From Eledone cirrhosa (taxonomy: Eukaryota), in assembly GCA_964016885.1 (NCBI GenBank), contig OZ024743.1:355880001-355944000 (forward strand): 64,000 bases of DNA. Direction: 5' to 3'. This document shows positions 48,470 to 61,910 of this stretch, piece by piece. Below the pieces are notes generated by a model. The model ran no database searches, was not told the DNA's origin, and saw only the letters and a list, made by a program, of their open reading frames with translations. The translations under genes were made by a program, and so were the position numbers. Each line of letters starts with the position of its first letter. Positions within the stretch are counted from its first letter, which is position 1.

Positions 48470-49300
48470 GGATCACTAATATCGTCTTGAGTTCCGAACA
48501 GAATACTCTGTATATATTTGGACAAATGTGAATATCTGGTTTAATAATAGGCTTCTAGCTACATTTATAAGTACTTTAGATACTTAAGGACATTCTAGTG
48601 TTTTAATTGTTAAATATTTTCTAAATTATATAACGATTATTATTTTTTTATTTAATTAAATTCGGGTTACCTTCGGGTCATTGAACATCTTAAGTTTCTC
48701 TTTCTCATGTTTGCAGACACTTTAAATATGATACTATACTACTATATAGATCCTTAAAAATTTTCTTGTATTTTAAATTATATAGCTTAACTATTTGGCA
48801 CTTATAGGATCGCAAACAATTTACTTATTTATTTTGAATCTGGTTTGTTTCCTTATTATTCATGAAATTTTTATAGTATACATGTATTACATGATCCTAA
48901 GATACAATAATTGATCTAAAACTTTAATTGTAACAATATTAACAGTAACTTATTTATTATATTGTATTATATTATGTTATGTATAATTGACTAATATCGT
49001 CTTGAACTTTAGACAATATACTCTTTGTATATATTTAGACAAATGCATATATCAAATTTAATAATAACTTTTTAAAGTTTAATTATAAGGCCTTTAGATG
49101 CTTTAGGGCATTCTAATTGTTAATTTTTAATTTTTAAAGTTATAACTGTAATTATTTTCTAAATTATATAATGAGAATTATTTAAGTATGGGAAAATAAT
49201 ATAAGGTAATATAATTTAATATGGTTTATCTTCGTGTGGATGAAAATACTAAGTTTCTTTCGCATGTTTGAAAATACTTTAAATATGATTTTATAAATTA
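48470..49300. repeat. Diverged direct duplication (about 48470-48735 vs 48990-49295) in a very AT-rich segment
   Basis: CTAATATCGTCTTGA...ATACTCT..GTATATATTT.GACAAATG...CTTTAGAT.CTT.AGG.CATTCTA...TTTTCTAAATTATATA...CATGTTTG..ACTTTAAATATGAT occurs twice. Confidence 0.75.
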
Positions 49301-49991
49301 AATATGTCAGTATACTTTAATATTAATATAGACATTTATAAACTTTTATAGCCTGAAATATTTATAAGATATTTATAAACTTTTATAGCCTGAAATATTA
49401 TACCTTTAGATTAATCCATTATTCTGAACTAACATAAGGAATTCGAAATTTAACGGTCAGCCGGATAAGTTTGGATATATATAGTGTATATAAATAATTG
49501 TTAGTATATTTCTTATTAATTGAGGACTCAAAATTAAACCCTCATATAATTACACCCAGATATATTTAATATTTAGATAGATGCATACTTCTAGATAATT
49601 CAAAGATTCGAGTTTACTCTTTCACAAAGCTATGCCCAAATGTATATTCATGTATTTATCTATGCTTTATAATATAAAAATTATTCCCCTTTGTCTCTCT
49701 ATCCTTGATCAATTCTCTTTTTCTTTCTATACTTCTAGTAACTACATTTTTTCCTCATCTGTTTCTCTCTGTCTTTCTTCTTTCTTCAATAATTTAAATT
49801 ATTTGAATCTCTAACAGTTATGTAAATTGCTATTATGTATTTTTAAGCTTTCTCACACGCACCCTCTGTGTATGTAAATTTTTTTATGTCTCAATCTTAA
49901 GGTATATAAATATTGAGTCTTGTCATATCATGTTCACTACCATGACTGAATCTTAACCATCTACTATGTCAGGGTATGTCATGCATCATCT

Positions 49992-50058
49992 TATTTTATC
50001 TGATGAGGACGTACTGTTGAAGATAGCTCAGTACCTCTGAAATATGTATAATAAAATA
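49992..50058 (+). ncRNA. Minimal type I hammerhead ribozyme (family H1)
   Basis: TATTTTAT-CTGATGA-GGA(C)GTACTG/CAGTAC(C)TCT-GAAA-TATGTA-TA|ATAAAATA; perfect 8-bp helix I; (TA)n ~45 bp downstream. Confidence 0.8.
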
Positions 50059-50153
50059 TACTTGATCACATGAATGTCTATTTTTGTTAATATTTTGAAT
50101 TAATATATATATATATAGTGAAAAGTTGGACGGGAACAAAAACAGAAAGGCAG

Positions 50154-50187
<34 letters not shown>

Positions 50188-50581
50188 TTCATTCATTTCA
50201 TTTTACGTCCGCTTTTTACCTATATATATATATATACACACACACATATACATACATGTATGTACAGATATGTGTGTATAAATATTTACACTGACTATAA
50301 CAAAAACCAGGAAAGCCACAAAAAACTGTAAAAGAGGATTGAAGAATTCAGAAGGTAATGGCGGTGACAATGATGGTTGTGGTGGTGTGTTGGAGGATGT
50401 ATTAATTTGTGAGGTAGATTAATCTGTTGGGGAGGAGGAGGAGGAAAGGAGAAGAAGCTGTAGATAAGGAGGTTACCAAAACAAAAGAGAGAGGCGAAAG
50501 GGGCACCAACTTGGAATATAAATGGAATAATTGAGAAGATAGAAAAGACATGATGAAAAAAAAATGAATGAAAGAAAGTTA

Positions 50582-50890
50582 GAATGAATTAATCATCATC
50601 ATTTAATATCTGTTCTCCATGGTGATAATGATGGTGATGATGTTTGAAATAAATGATGAAGAATGAAATAAAAAAAAAATGAAAGTAAGTATGAATGAAT
50701 CATTATCATTTAATATATGTTCTCCATGATGATGATGATGATATTTGAAATAAATGATGAAGAATGAAATTAAAAAAAAATGAAAGTAAGTATGAATGAA
50801 TCATTATCATTTAATATGTTCTCCATGATGATGATGATGATGATGATGATGATGTTTGAAATAAATGAAGAAGAATGAAATTTTAAAAAA
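50582..50890. repeat. Three tandem copies of a ~100-110 bp unit
   Basis: GAATGAAT..CATTATCATTTAATAT.TGTTCTCCATG(ATG)n TTTGAAATAAATGA.GAAGAATGAAAT recurs at about 50582, 50692 and 50793. Confidence 0.85.
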
Positions 50891-51334
50891 GAATGAAGAT
50901 AAAAGAAGAGGCAGAAGAAGAAAAAAAGGAAAAGTGAAAGAAAAAGAAGAAACTAGATGTTGCAATGAATGAAAATCCATAAAAATGACAGGAGGAAAAT
51001 GGATGATAAGAATGAAAAAAAAGTGAAGAAAAAAACAAAACAAAAAAAATAATAAGCACAAGAATAAAGAAAATGAAATAAGGAAAAGAAGTAGAAAAAG
51101 AAGAGACAAAGTGGACCAATGAAAGAAATGATGTGAATAAAGAAAGGTGACAGAAGGAAAGAGAGAAGTGAAAGCGAAAAATGAAAGAAAGGTAAAAGAA
51201 AGAGAAAAATGAAAGAAAGAAAAATTGAAAAAGTTATAGAACAAAGATAAATATTTAAAATATGAATGAGAAAGAAATTCCAAGAAAGAGAAGATGAGTA
51301 AGAGATAACAAAATGAAAGAAGTGAAAACAAATA

Positions 51335-51840
51335 ATTGTTTCTACTTTTGGCACAAGGCCAGCAATTACGCAGTATATTACTGGTACTTTATTTTATCGA
51401 CCCCGTAAGGATGAAAACAAATAATAAAAGTTATGATTTATAATTTAGGGACAAGGCCAACAATTTTAGAGTTAAGGAGAAAGTTGATTAAATCAACTCC
51501 AATACATTACTGGTGCTTTATTTTATCGACCCGGTAAGGATGAAAGCCAAAGCTAACATCAGTGGGATTTGAACTCAGAATGTAAAGGGACCTAACTATA
51601 TACCACAAAGCATAATGTCCGATGCTAATAAAAGTTATGGTTTATAGTTTAGGCACAAGGCCAACAATTTTAAGGTTAAGGAGAAAGTTGATTATACTAC
51701 TCCTCTCCCAAGTACTTTACTGCTTTATTTTATTGACCCCAGGAGGCGAAGTTGACTTTAACAGGATTTGAACTCAGAATACAAGGAACTGGAAAGAGTA
51801 CCACAAAGCATTCTATTTGATGTTCTAATGAATCTTCCAA
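51335..51840 (-). mobile_element. Cluster of three OK-like SINE copies or fragments
   Basis: Repeated ACAAGGCCA...TTTATTTTATCGACCC..TAAGGATGAAA and GGATTTGAACTCAGAAT. The first fragment has TSD TGAAAACAAATAAT. Confidence 0.8.
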
Positions 51841-51919
51841 ACAGAAGATATATTCAACAGTAATCTCATGTTTTATCATAGAGTAGAGAAAACTCTTTGT
51901 TCTTCTTGAAATCATGACA

Positions 51920-52165
51920 CTCAAGTGCTTTTAAGAGTTTATCAGAAAGACATTTATTTAACTCAGATACACAAAACTCTAGTCTCCCTCAAAATAGGAT
52001 CCCCAACTTTGCAATTGTTGTAGTGCTCCAGCCACTTCTGGAAGGCCCCCTTGTAGTCCTCCAAAATGAAGGTGTCCAGGGCGCTTGTCACAGCCTCCTC
52101 CATCTCCTCCACAATCTCAAAGGGGATACCACTGAGCTTCTCCTTCAGCTTCAGAAACATCCTCC
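51920..52165 (-). mobile_element. Tc1/mariner transposase C-terminal fragment and 3' end
   Basis: FLKLKEKLSGIPFEIVEEMEEAVTSALDTFILEDYKGAFQKWLEHYNNC resembles the mariner C-terminus (F.KLK..L.G..F...W..R...C...G.Y). Confidence 0.75.
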
Positions 52166-52704
52166 CTTCAGACTTGCCAAATACATAATAACCTCTCTAG
52201 TGTTGGTACCACAATAATGCACTCATTACACCCTATAAAGTGGTTGGCAATGAGAGACAAGATAAGGTATATAAGACACATCTGTCTTTCCAAGTACATG
52301 ACAATCACTTTACTGTTGGTGCCACAGTACACTCTGTTAATGTGATTGGTATTAGGAATGGCATCCAACCATAGAAACCATGCTGAAATAAGCAATATAT
52401 GAGCAAGATGTGGTTATGACCCATCCAACCAATGCAGGAATGGAAAATGAACATAAAGTGGTGTTTAGCCAGGGAAGGTAGGGCCTCACACACTGGTAAA
52501 AGGGAGAAAGAAAAGGTATCTTCAAACCAAAGACTTGGCCTGAATGCTTTTGATACCAAACCACCTAAAACCATTACTAGCTCTATAATATAAATTTGTT
52601 TATTCTAAAGTGGTTGTATTTATTTAAAAACTTCCTTCCCATCATAATTATGAGAAACATTTTTATACTCCAGCACCATCTTAATAATCACATTATATTA
52701 CCAA

Positions 52705-52897
52705 AGGGCGGTGGATTGGCAGTATTGGTGGAGGGTCGGATGCTATGCTTTTAAGCATAGAGTTACGCCCCTTTACGGTCAGAATTCAAATACCGCTGAG
52801 GTTAACTTTGCCTTTCATCCTTACGAGGGTTGATAAAATAAAGCACCAGTAATGTACTGAGGTAATTGATAGGCCTTGTGCCGAAAGTAGAAACAAT
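52705..52897 (+). mobile_element. OK-like SINE with TSD ATTATATTACCAAA
   Basis: Full head GGGCGGTGGATTGGCAGTATT; TSD on both sides. Confidence 0.9.
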
Positions 52898-53728
52898 TAT
52901 ATTACCAAATTTTTCCAAATTGTAAATAATTTTCTAAATTATTTGAAAATAATACACAGTGTCTTTTATTAGAAATAAGGTAACCAAGTGGTTAATGTGA
53001 TTGTCACAACCACACTCCTCTATGAGAGTTCTTCCCTCCATCTATCCACTTATTGGAAGAGAGTAGGTTGTGGTGTGGTGGTGGTGGTGTACAGGTGTAC
53101 TTAGCTTAATGACAACATGGCATCAAAGCTATTGATTTTAAATGAGGCCATTAAGTGACAAGTCAGCACTTTACCTGCTTGCTGGCCACAGAAGAAGGTT
53201 TAATCACTCTGGTAGCAAACCATCCACCAGGGTCAGATGTGCTGACCCTTACCCTTTCACATATACAGGAAGTTTGTGTGTGCGTGGGTGTTTAATGGGT
53301 ATCAACATATGTGGGCCATAAGAAAGAGTGTGGTGGTGGAAGTGAAGAGGGATTTGCAAATAATTTAAATAATACTCCAACTAAATAATTGTTTCTACAT
53401 TTGGCACAAGGCCAGCAATTACCCAGTACATTACTGGTACTTTATTTTATCAACCCCGTAAGGATGAAAGGCAGAGACATGATTGACAACTGATGCTTGG
53501 CATTGACACAAATGGACACATCATATACGCACGCACACACAAGCATATCATAGATTCATATGCATACATACACATGGTCACACCCCATAGACATATGTAT
53601 ATAACCACACACACAAACATACATACACACAGACATAAACATATACACACATGGACATCACACACGCATGCATATAAGCATACACAGATGTGGAGAAATC
53701 CCACACCAACACAACATAAGTGTATAAG

Positions 53729-53765
<37 letters not shown>

Positions 53766-54009
53766 ATATACTTATAAACTCACAGATACATGCTCCAACA
53801 CTCATAGACACATTCGCTCTCATTATGCACCCCATCCCACACAAACACACACACACACACACAGACCTATGCAGTCCCACAGACACATATAGAGATGAAT
53901 ACGTTTACACAAATACACATATGCAGACATCTGTAAATTAAATGCTCTCATAGGTAATGTCTTTTAATGCAAATTGCAATCACTAGAGCATCACTAGACT
54001 CATTCACTG

Positions 54010-55613
54010 CAACACAACCACACCACCATCCTTAAAACCAACACCAACACCACCAACCACAGCACTTCCTCTAACCACAACATCAGCACCATCAACCACA
54101 CCACCATCCCACAAGACCACCAAAACCAACCACAACATCAACACCAGCAACCACAGCACCACCACCACCACCACCACCACCACCACCAACCACAACATCA
54201 AGACCACCACCCACAGCACCACCACCACCCACAACATCAAGACCACCAACCACAGTACCACCACCACCAGCAACCACAACATCAAGACCACCACCCACAG
54301 CACCACCACCACCACCAACCACAACATCAAGACCACCAACCACAACACCAACACCACCAACCACAACACCAACACCACCAACCACAACATCAAGACCACC
54401 AACCACAACACCAACACCACCAACCACAACACCAACACCACCACAACACCACCACCACCAACCACAACATCAAGACCACCACCCACAGCACCACCACCAC
54501 CCACAACATCAAGACCACCAACCACAGTACCACCACCACCACCAACCACAACATCAACACCACCAACCACAACATCAACACCAACACCAACACCACCAAC
54601 CACAACATCAACACCAACCACAGCACCAACCACAACATCAACACCAACCACAGCACCAACACCACCAACCACAACATCAACACCACCACCACCAACCACA
54701 ACACCAAGACCACCAACCACAGCACCAACACCACCAGCAACAACAACACCACCACCAACCACAACAACACCACCAACCACAACACCAACACCACCAACCA
54801 CAACACCAACACCACCACAACACCAACACCACCAACCACAACACCAACACCACCACCAACCACAACACCACCAACCACAACACCAACACCACCACCACCC
54901 ACAACACCAACACCACCAACCACAACAACACCACCAACCACAACACCAACACCACCACAACACCAACACCACCAACCACAACATCAAGACCACCAACCAC
55001 AACACCAACACCACTGACCACAACACCAACACCAACACAACCCACCACAACACCAACACCACCAACCACAACAACACCACCAACCACAACACCAACACCA
55101 CCACAACACCAACACCACCAACCACAACATCAAGACCACCAACCACAACACCAACACCACCAACCACAACAACACCACCAACCACCACACCAACACCACT
55201 GACCACAACACCAACACCAACACAACCCACCACAACACCAACACCACTGACCACAACACCAACACCACCAACCACAACACCAACACCACTGACCACAACA
55301 CCACCACAACACCAACACCACCAACCACAGCACCAACACCACCACCAACACCACCACCAACAACACCACCACCAACCACAGCACCAACACCACCAACCAC
55401 AACATCAACACCAGCAACCACAGTACCACCACCACCAGCAACCACAACACCAACACCACCAGCCACAACATCAGCACCACCAACACTACCAACACCACCA
55501 ACCACAACATTAACTACAGCAGCAGCACCACAACCATCAGCAACAGAAGTGCCACTAAGACCACCACCACCACAACCACCAACAGTACCACCACCACCAC
55601 CACCACCACCATC
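54010..55613. repeat. 1.6-kb (ACC/AAC)-based compound satellite with a recurrent 21-bp unit (ACCACCAACCACAACACCAAC)
   Basis: Direct inspection; source of the V/G-rich ORFs. Confidence 0.95.
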
Positions 55614-55749
55614 AATTTGATTTTGGAATACATAAATATTATAGTGAAGAGACAAAAGATGACAATATGCAAGGTAAGCAATATTAGTAATTTAGAGCTT
55701 GTTAAACCTGCTGTATATTACAATATGTTACACACTGGCCATAACCTCT

Positions 55750-57172
55750 GTACCACTCCTTATATGGTGTTGGACCACTACACCACTCCTTATATTGTGT
55801 TGGACCACTACACCACTCCTTATATGGTGTTGGACCACTACACCACTCCTTATATGGTGTTGGACCACTACACCACTCCTTATATTGTGTTGGACCACTA
55901 TACCACTCCTTATATTGTGTTGGACCACCACACCACTCCTTATATTGTGTTGGACCACTACACCACTCCTTATATTGTGTTGGACCACTACACCACTCCT
56001 TATATGGTGTTGGACCACCACACCACTCCTTATATTGTGTTGGACCACTACACCACTCCTTATATTGTGTTGGACCACTACACCACTCCTTATATTGTGT
56101 TGGACCACTACACCACTCCTTATATTGTGTTGGACCACTACACCACTCCTTATATGGTGTTGGACTACTACACCATTCCTTATATGGTGTTGGACCACTA
56201 CACCACTCCTTATATTGTGTTGGACCACTACACCACTCCTTATATGGTGTTGGACTACTACACCACTCCTCATATGGTGTTGGACTACTACACCACTCCT
56301 TATATGGTGTTGGACCACTACACCACTCTTTATATTGTGTTGGACCACTACACCACTCCTTATATTGTGTTGGACCACTACACCACTCCTTATATGGTGT
56401 TGGACCACCACACCACTCCTTATATTGTGTTGGACCACTACACCACTCCTTATATGGTGTTGGACCACTACACCACTCTTTATATTGTGTTGGACCACTA
56501 CACCACTCCTTATATGGTGTTGGACCACTACACCACACTTTATATTGTGTTGGACCACTACACCACTCCTTATATTGTGTTGGACCACTACACCACTCTT
56601 TATATTGTGTTGGACTACTACACCACTCCTTATATTGTGTTGGACTACTACACCACTCCTTATATTGTGTTGGACCACTACACCACTCCTTATATGGTGT
56701 TGGACCACTACACCACTCTTTATATTGTGTTGGACCACTACACCACTCCTTATATTGTGTTGGACCACTACACCACTCTTTATATTGTGTTGGACCACTA
56801 CACCACTCCTTATATTGTGTTGGACCACTACACCACTCCTTATATTGTGTTGGACCACTACACCACTCCTTATATTGTGTTGGACCACTACACCACTCCT
56901 TATATTGTGTTGGACCACTACACCACTTCTTATATTGTGTTGGACCACTATACCACTCCTTATATTGTGTTGGACCACTACACCACTCCTTATATGGTGT
57001 TGGACCACTACACCACTCCTTATATTGTGTTGGACCACTACACCACTCCTTATATTGTGTTGGACCACTACACCACTCCATATTTCATTATATTGTGTTG
57101 GACCACTATACCACTCCTTATATTATGTTGGACCACTACACCACTCCCCATGTCCTTATATTGTGTTGGACC
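55750..57172. repeat. 30-bp minisatellite, ~47 units (TTGGACCACTACACCACTCCTTATAT[T/G]GTG)
   Basis: Exact 30-bp period (columns align in the 60-bp lines); few variant positions; degenerate only at the right end. Confidence 0.97.
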
Positions 57173-57179
57173 TCTGTTG

Positions 57180-57470
57180 ATTCCAATGACAAGTCTTCCA
57201 GTTGTACAAACAGAACAGCTGGATTATAAAACTAACGTGCAAGTGGCTGAGCATTCCACTGGCATGTGTACTCTTAATCGTAATTCTCAGGAAGATTTAG
57301 CATGACCTGTATACCAAGACTGACCCTTTAATACAACTCATTTTTTGCTAGCTAAGAGGAATGGAGCAATGTGAAATACAGTGTCTTGCTCAAGGGCACG
57401 AGCTGCTGGGAATCAAACTCATGGTTGTACAATCATGAACCAAACACCCTAACCACTAAGCTACCTGCTT
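57180..57470 (-). mobile_element. OR-like tRNA-derived SINE
   Basis: Reverse of the 62480-62910 type; head reverse-reads GCAGGTAGCTTAGTGGTTAGGGTGTTTGG...GAGTTTGATTCCC. Confidence 0.75.
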
Positions 57471-58039
57471 TTGTTGTTACACAGCCCCAATATCTCCCTG
57501 TTCCACTCACTGACTACATAAACCCCTGCCTATTAATTGAAGATGTGATATGTTATTGATGGAGGCCACACATAGGTTAACTACACCACTTTATCCTTCA
57601 TTCAGCTCTTACCATTCCTCATTATATATACACTCCCTCATACATACAGACATTATATATATATATGTGTGTGTGTGTGTATATACATATAAATGTACAC
57701 ACATCTTAGATACACCAGTGTTAATTATTGAAGATATGTAGATATGCTTTCACACAATGTCAATATATAAGAATGTATATATATATATATATGCACACAT
57801 CAGGCCACTGACCCTACAAAACCACCACAGTAAACTAGGCTGCATTTCACTACTCACTAAACAATTACTGAAGTTATTTCATTGCTGTAAATTCCAACCT
57901 CACTTTCTATTCTAATAATGATTGGTCTAAAGAGATTAGAAACAGCTATTGTTAACAGATCTGGCTCCTTTTCTAGGGCAGGGTGGTGTAGGAATGGAAT
58001 AGGCTAATTCTGGTCCAACACATACAGAAAGCTACTATT

Positions 58040-59970
58040 AAAGGATGGCCTAGCCATCACTGTCAGGTACCATATCTCAGGGCTGCCACCTTTTAATATG
58101 GGTGCTCTGAAAAGTATATCTGGAGAAATTGTGGTGTTGGTTGCGAAGAGACAAGTAGATGTATGCTGTGTCCAAGAAGTGGGTTGGAAAAGAGTCTCAG
58201 CCAGACTCCTCCCAGGCAAACAGCTTAGACATAATCTTTTCTGGGTAGGAAATCAAGATGGGGTAGGTTGAGTAAGAATTTTACTACATGACAAGTGGAC
58301 AGATAATGTAATTAGAATAAGTAAGAGAATGATGAAGCTCAGAATAGTAATAGAATGATGATAATTATTTCTGCCTATGCACCACAAGCAGGGCTAAGCA
58401 AAGAAAAATAGGACTGTTTCTATGAGGAATTCTTACAGACAACTTTAGATAGCGATGACAGATACCTCATCATCCTGGCTAACAACTTCAATGGATATGT
58501 ACAGTAGCACCAAGATGGCTACACTGGAGTACACAGTAGCTTTGGTTATGGCTTGTAGACAGGTATAAATAGTAAGTCCTTCCGGCAGAGAAGAATGCAC
58601 CATATAAACATAAGTTAGTTATTAGTGATATTCAAATAAGCACAAGATGGAACAAGAAATGCAAGAAAATATGGTGGAGGAGAGTGTAGAAGCTAAATAA
58701 CCTCTCTGTAAGTTCAGAAAAGCCTGATATGCATATGACAAGGAGGAGGAAAAATTAGACATGTGACATATAAGACAATGGAAGTTTCTATGAGACAACC
58801 TACTGCAGACTACTGATGAGACTTGTGGTTGAAGCAAAGCACCAGCTGTAAAAGCTAAGAGACAGGAGTGGAAAGTCTTGAAAAATGGGGACAGAAAAGA
58901 GCAGTACCAGGTAACTAAAAAAGAAGCTAGATGACAGGTATACATAGCATTCAAAGAAACTGAAAGCAGGAGATTTGCTAGTGTCTTGCAACATGAGAAT
59001 CAAAGACATAACACGTTCTGCATCACAAAACAGTATGTCAGTGAGAACCAGAGTGTTCTTGGGGAAAGGTATATTTAGAATCACTGATGCTAAAAAGAAA
59101 GATTGATGAATGTGGAGAAAGAGAGACTACTCCCAGCTGACCCAAGAAGGGGACCAGCTATGAAAATTGATAGTTATATGGTCAAAACATAAAGATTAAA
59201 AATGGTAACTGCTTGATATGTAGAAATTCTATATGAAGTACACAATGTAAATATTTTGTACACAATAGGAGTTGTGAGATTACAGGCAGACTAACAGAAA
59301 AAAGTAGGCTTTATTTGTAGCAGATGCACAGAGATAGTTGGCAGTAAGTGAATCAGTGAAATAAACTTTTTCCAATTACAGGAAGGTTCTGAAGAACTGG
59401 TTGATAACTTCAGTTACCTAGTTGATCTAAATAGCAGTGGAGGTGGTTGCTCTGACAGCATAGAATAAAAACCAGATGGAAAACGGTCAAGTAGTTACCT
59501 CTGTTGACAACAAAATGGTTTCTCTCTACAAAGGAAAGCCAGCTGTATGATGCTTGCATATGAAGTTGCATGGCAGTGAAACACGTGCAGTTAATGCAGA
59601 AGGTATGCAAAGGCTAGAGAGAGATGAAGTGAGCATGCTCTGATGGATGTGCAATATTAATATGCTTGAACAACAAGGCAGGAATAAGCTGAGTGAAGAG
59701 CTACATATAAGAAGAATCAGTGTATATACACACTATAACTGATTCTTTTTATATGTATATATACACACTATATGATGATTGTTGGGTGAAGAAGTGCAAA
59801 GAAATCCCAGTGGAAGGAAACTGCAGTAGACTATGAAAGACCTGGATTAGAGGCTGTGAGAACTGATCTGAAAGAGATGTCAAGGAGTCACGAGGAATAG
59901 AGGGATGTTGCTCTAGAAAAAAATCCCTATAACCCAAGCAAGCATGGAAAGACGATGATGATGATGATTA
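58040..59970 (+). mobile_element. Old, internally deleted RTE LINE (endonuclease through 3' tail)
   Basis: Decayed APE N-terminus (NMGALK..SGEIV...KRQVDVCCVQEV.W, ISAYAPQAG), linker, HGSET/MLxWMC-like C-terminus, then AACCCAAGCAAGCATGGAA and a (GAT)n tail; many stops. Confidence 0.8.
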
Positions 59971-60031
59971 TATATATATATAATATTCAAAATATTAATA
60001 AATGAGAAATATTATCATAACCAAAGTATAC

Positions 60032-60092
60032 ATTTTATTATACATATTTCAAAGGTACAATGGTGTTTCAGTACGTTTTCATCAGATAAAAT
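60032..60092 (-). ncRNA. Minimal type I hammerhead ribozyme (family H1)
   Basis: Reverse strand ATTTTAT-CTGATGA-AAA(C)GTAC/GTAC(C)TTT-GAAA-TATGTA-TA|ATAAAAT, within a ~210-bp segment between short TA runs. Confidence 0.75.
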
Positions 60093-60229
60093 ATAAGAGA
60101 TTGGTTATACGACATACCCCTAAGGTCTTGAACCTTCAATCCCTGTAGTGGTAGTAAGTTATTTCCCCGGTAGTAAGTTATATATATATGTTAGATTAAC
60201 AGCTGGGCCTTGATGTTATCATTATCAAA

Positions 60230-61250
60230 CCAATGCTTCTAAAGAGGTAGTCCGAGAACTTCTAAGGACGTAGTGTATGTAGTATCTCGGAGAGCTTCTA
60301 AGATGATTCAATGTCCTTAGTGATCTTAACTGAGTTGAGAGCAATGTCCAGTTTGTTGCAGAACTCAGTTTGTTTCTCACAAGTTTTCAAAGGTTAAGTG
60401 TTAATGCACCTAGGTACAGATGATTTTGGAGTCTCCTGTAGGCAAGACATATTGTTCACATATCTTGGTAGTAGGGTGAACTCAAATGCATCTTTCAATG
60501 ACGAGAAGCCATGAGTGCATTTGGCAAGCTCCATCATCACCTTTGGAATCAGAAGGGCATAAAAACTGGACACCAAGATACAGGTTTATAAATCTGTTAT
60601 ACTGACCACACTGTTTTATGGATCAGAATATTAAACTCCATATAGGTCACACATCAACCAACTAAGCATCTTTCATAAAGGTTGTCTTCAGACAATCTGT
60701 AGGTACCAACTTAAAGACAAAATATCTAATGCTGACCTCTTAACTAAGTGCAAAATTGGAGGTATTGAGACCTTTCTTATGAAATCACAACTACGCTGGG
60801 CTGGTCATGTCATCAGAATGGGTGACATAAGAATACCAAAAGTCCTCAGGTACAGCCAGCTTAATGGTGGCTATAGAAATGTTTGATGGCCATAGCTCAG
60901 GTACAAAGACAAACTGAAGGGAAATTTTTCAGCAACTAATATACCTTATGAGATATTTGAGCAAGTGGCCTTGGAATGGAAGGATTAGAGATCTGGATTT
61001 CACAATGGGATCAGGAACTTTAAGCCTGGTTGTATCCATAGGCTACAAAAAGCAAGGGGGAGGAGAAAAGCATTGTCAAACACACCAGCAACATTATCCA
61101 GTAAACCTCATCTTTGCACAATCTGTGGACTTGCTTGTAAATCCTTGGGAGGTATAAAATGTCATACCAGGCATAAACATCCAAACTGAATGAAGTGAAT
61201 AGGTTGTTTTGATCCTCATACTTCAAAATGGATGGGAGAGTCCATCATAT
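60230..61250 (+). mobile_element. RTE/BovB-like LINE 3' fragment
   Basis: FTYLGS, TKIQVYKSVILTTLFYGSE, FHKGCLQTI, QLRWAGHVIRM...RIPK, RYKDKLK, and a terminal C-x2-C..H finger-like motif; frameshifted. Confidence 0.8.
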
Positions 61251-61254
61251 ATAT

Positions 61255-61560
61255 CATCATCATCGTTTAACGTCTATCTTCCACGCTATCATGGGTTAGA
61301 TGGGAATTGTCCCACTTGAGGCAAGATTGGTCAGGTGACTGTGTCTCGCCCGTATAGGACTGTATCTGGCAGGTTTTCTATGTCTCCTAAATGACCACTT
61401 TACAGCATGGGCTGGGTGGTTTTTGTCATGACACCTACACAACCTCTTTAGTGTGGACTGGATGTTCTATGGTACCAACATAACTTTACAGAGAAAGGGT
61501 GGTGTGGGTGGAAGTAGGAGGATGGAGTAGGGGCAGTGGGTGTATATTTGGTTAAGAGGA
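61255..61560 (-). mobile_element. RTE 3' UTR fragment with a (GAT)n tail
   Basis: Matches 31681-32030 and 46184-46550. Confidence 0.75.
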
Positions 61561-61570
61561 TATATATAAT

Positions 61571-61910
61571 GGAGGCATATGGCTTAGTAGTTAGAGCATT
61601 GGCCTTGCAATCGAAAGGTTGAGAGTTCAATTCTCAGATCGGGTGATGTGTTGTTTCCTTGAGCAAGACACTTTATTTCACATTGCTCCAGTTTACTCAG
61701 CTGTAGAAATGAGATGATAGGGACTGGGGTCCCTATCATTCCACTGCAAACTGGTCGTGGAGGTGCCACGGCAAAAAAGCACCCAGCACTCACTGTAAAT
61801 GAAGTTGGTGTTAGGAAGGGCATCCAGCTGTAGAAATCAAGCCAGAATCAGTTCCCGTCCCACCCTTGCAAGCAGGGAAAAGCGGACGTAAAATGATGAA
61901 ATGATGATGA
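61571..61910 (+). mobile_element. Young tRNA-derived SINE with an RTE-derived tail (copy 3)
   Basis: Near-identical to 15679-16020 and 33426-33770. Confidence 0.9.

Noticed and set aside
50807-51354. Phe/Leu-rich membrane-like ORFs
   Set aside because: Reverse translation of an A/G-rich low-complexity tract.
54004-55655. V/G-rich or mucin-like ORFs (also 22018-22865 and 29841-30364)
   Set aside because: Translations of ACC/AAC/GAT microsatellite mosaics.
55617-57305. 450-560 aa repeat ORFs on both strands; superficial CRISPR-like periodicity
   Set aside because: A pure 30-bp tandem repeat with no unique spacers and no cas genes, in eukaryotic DNA.
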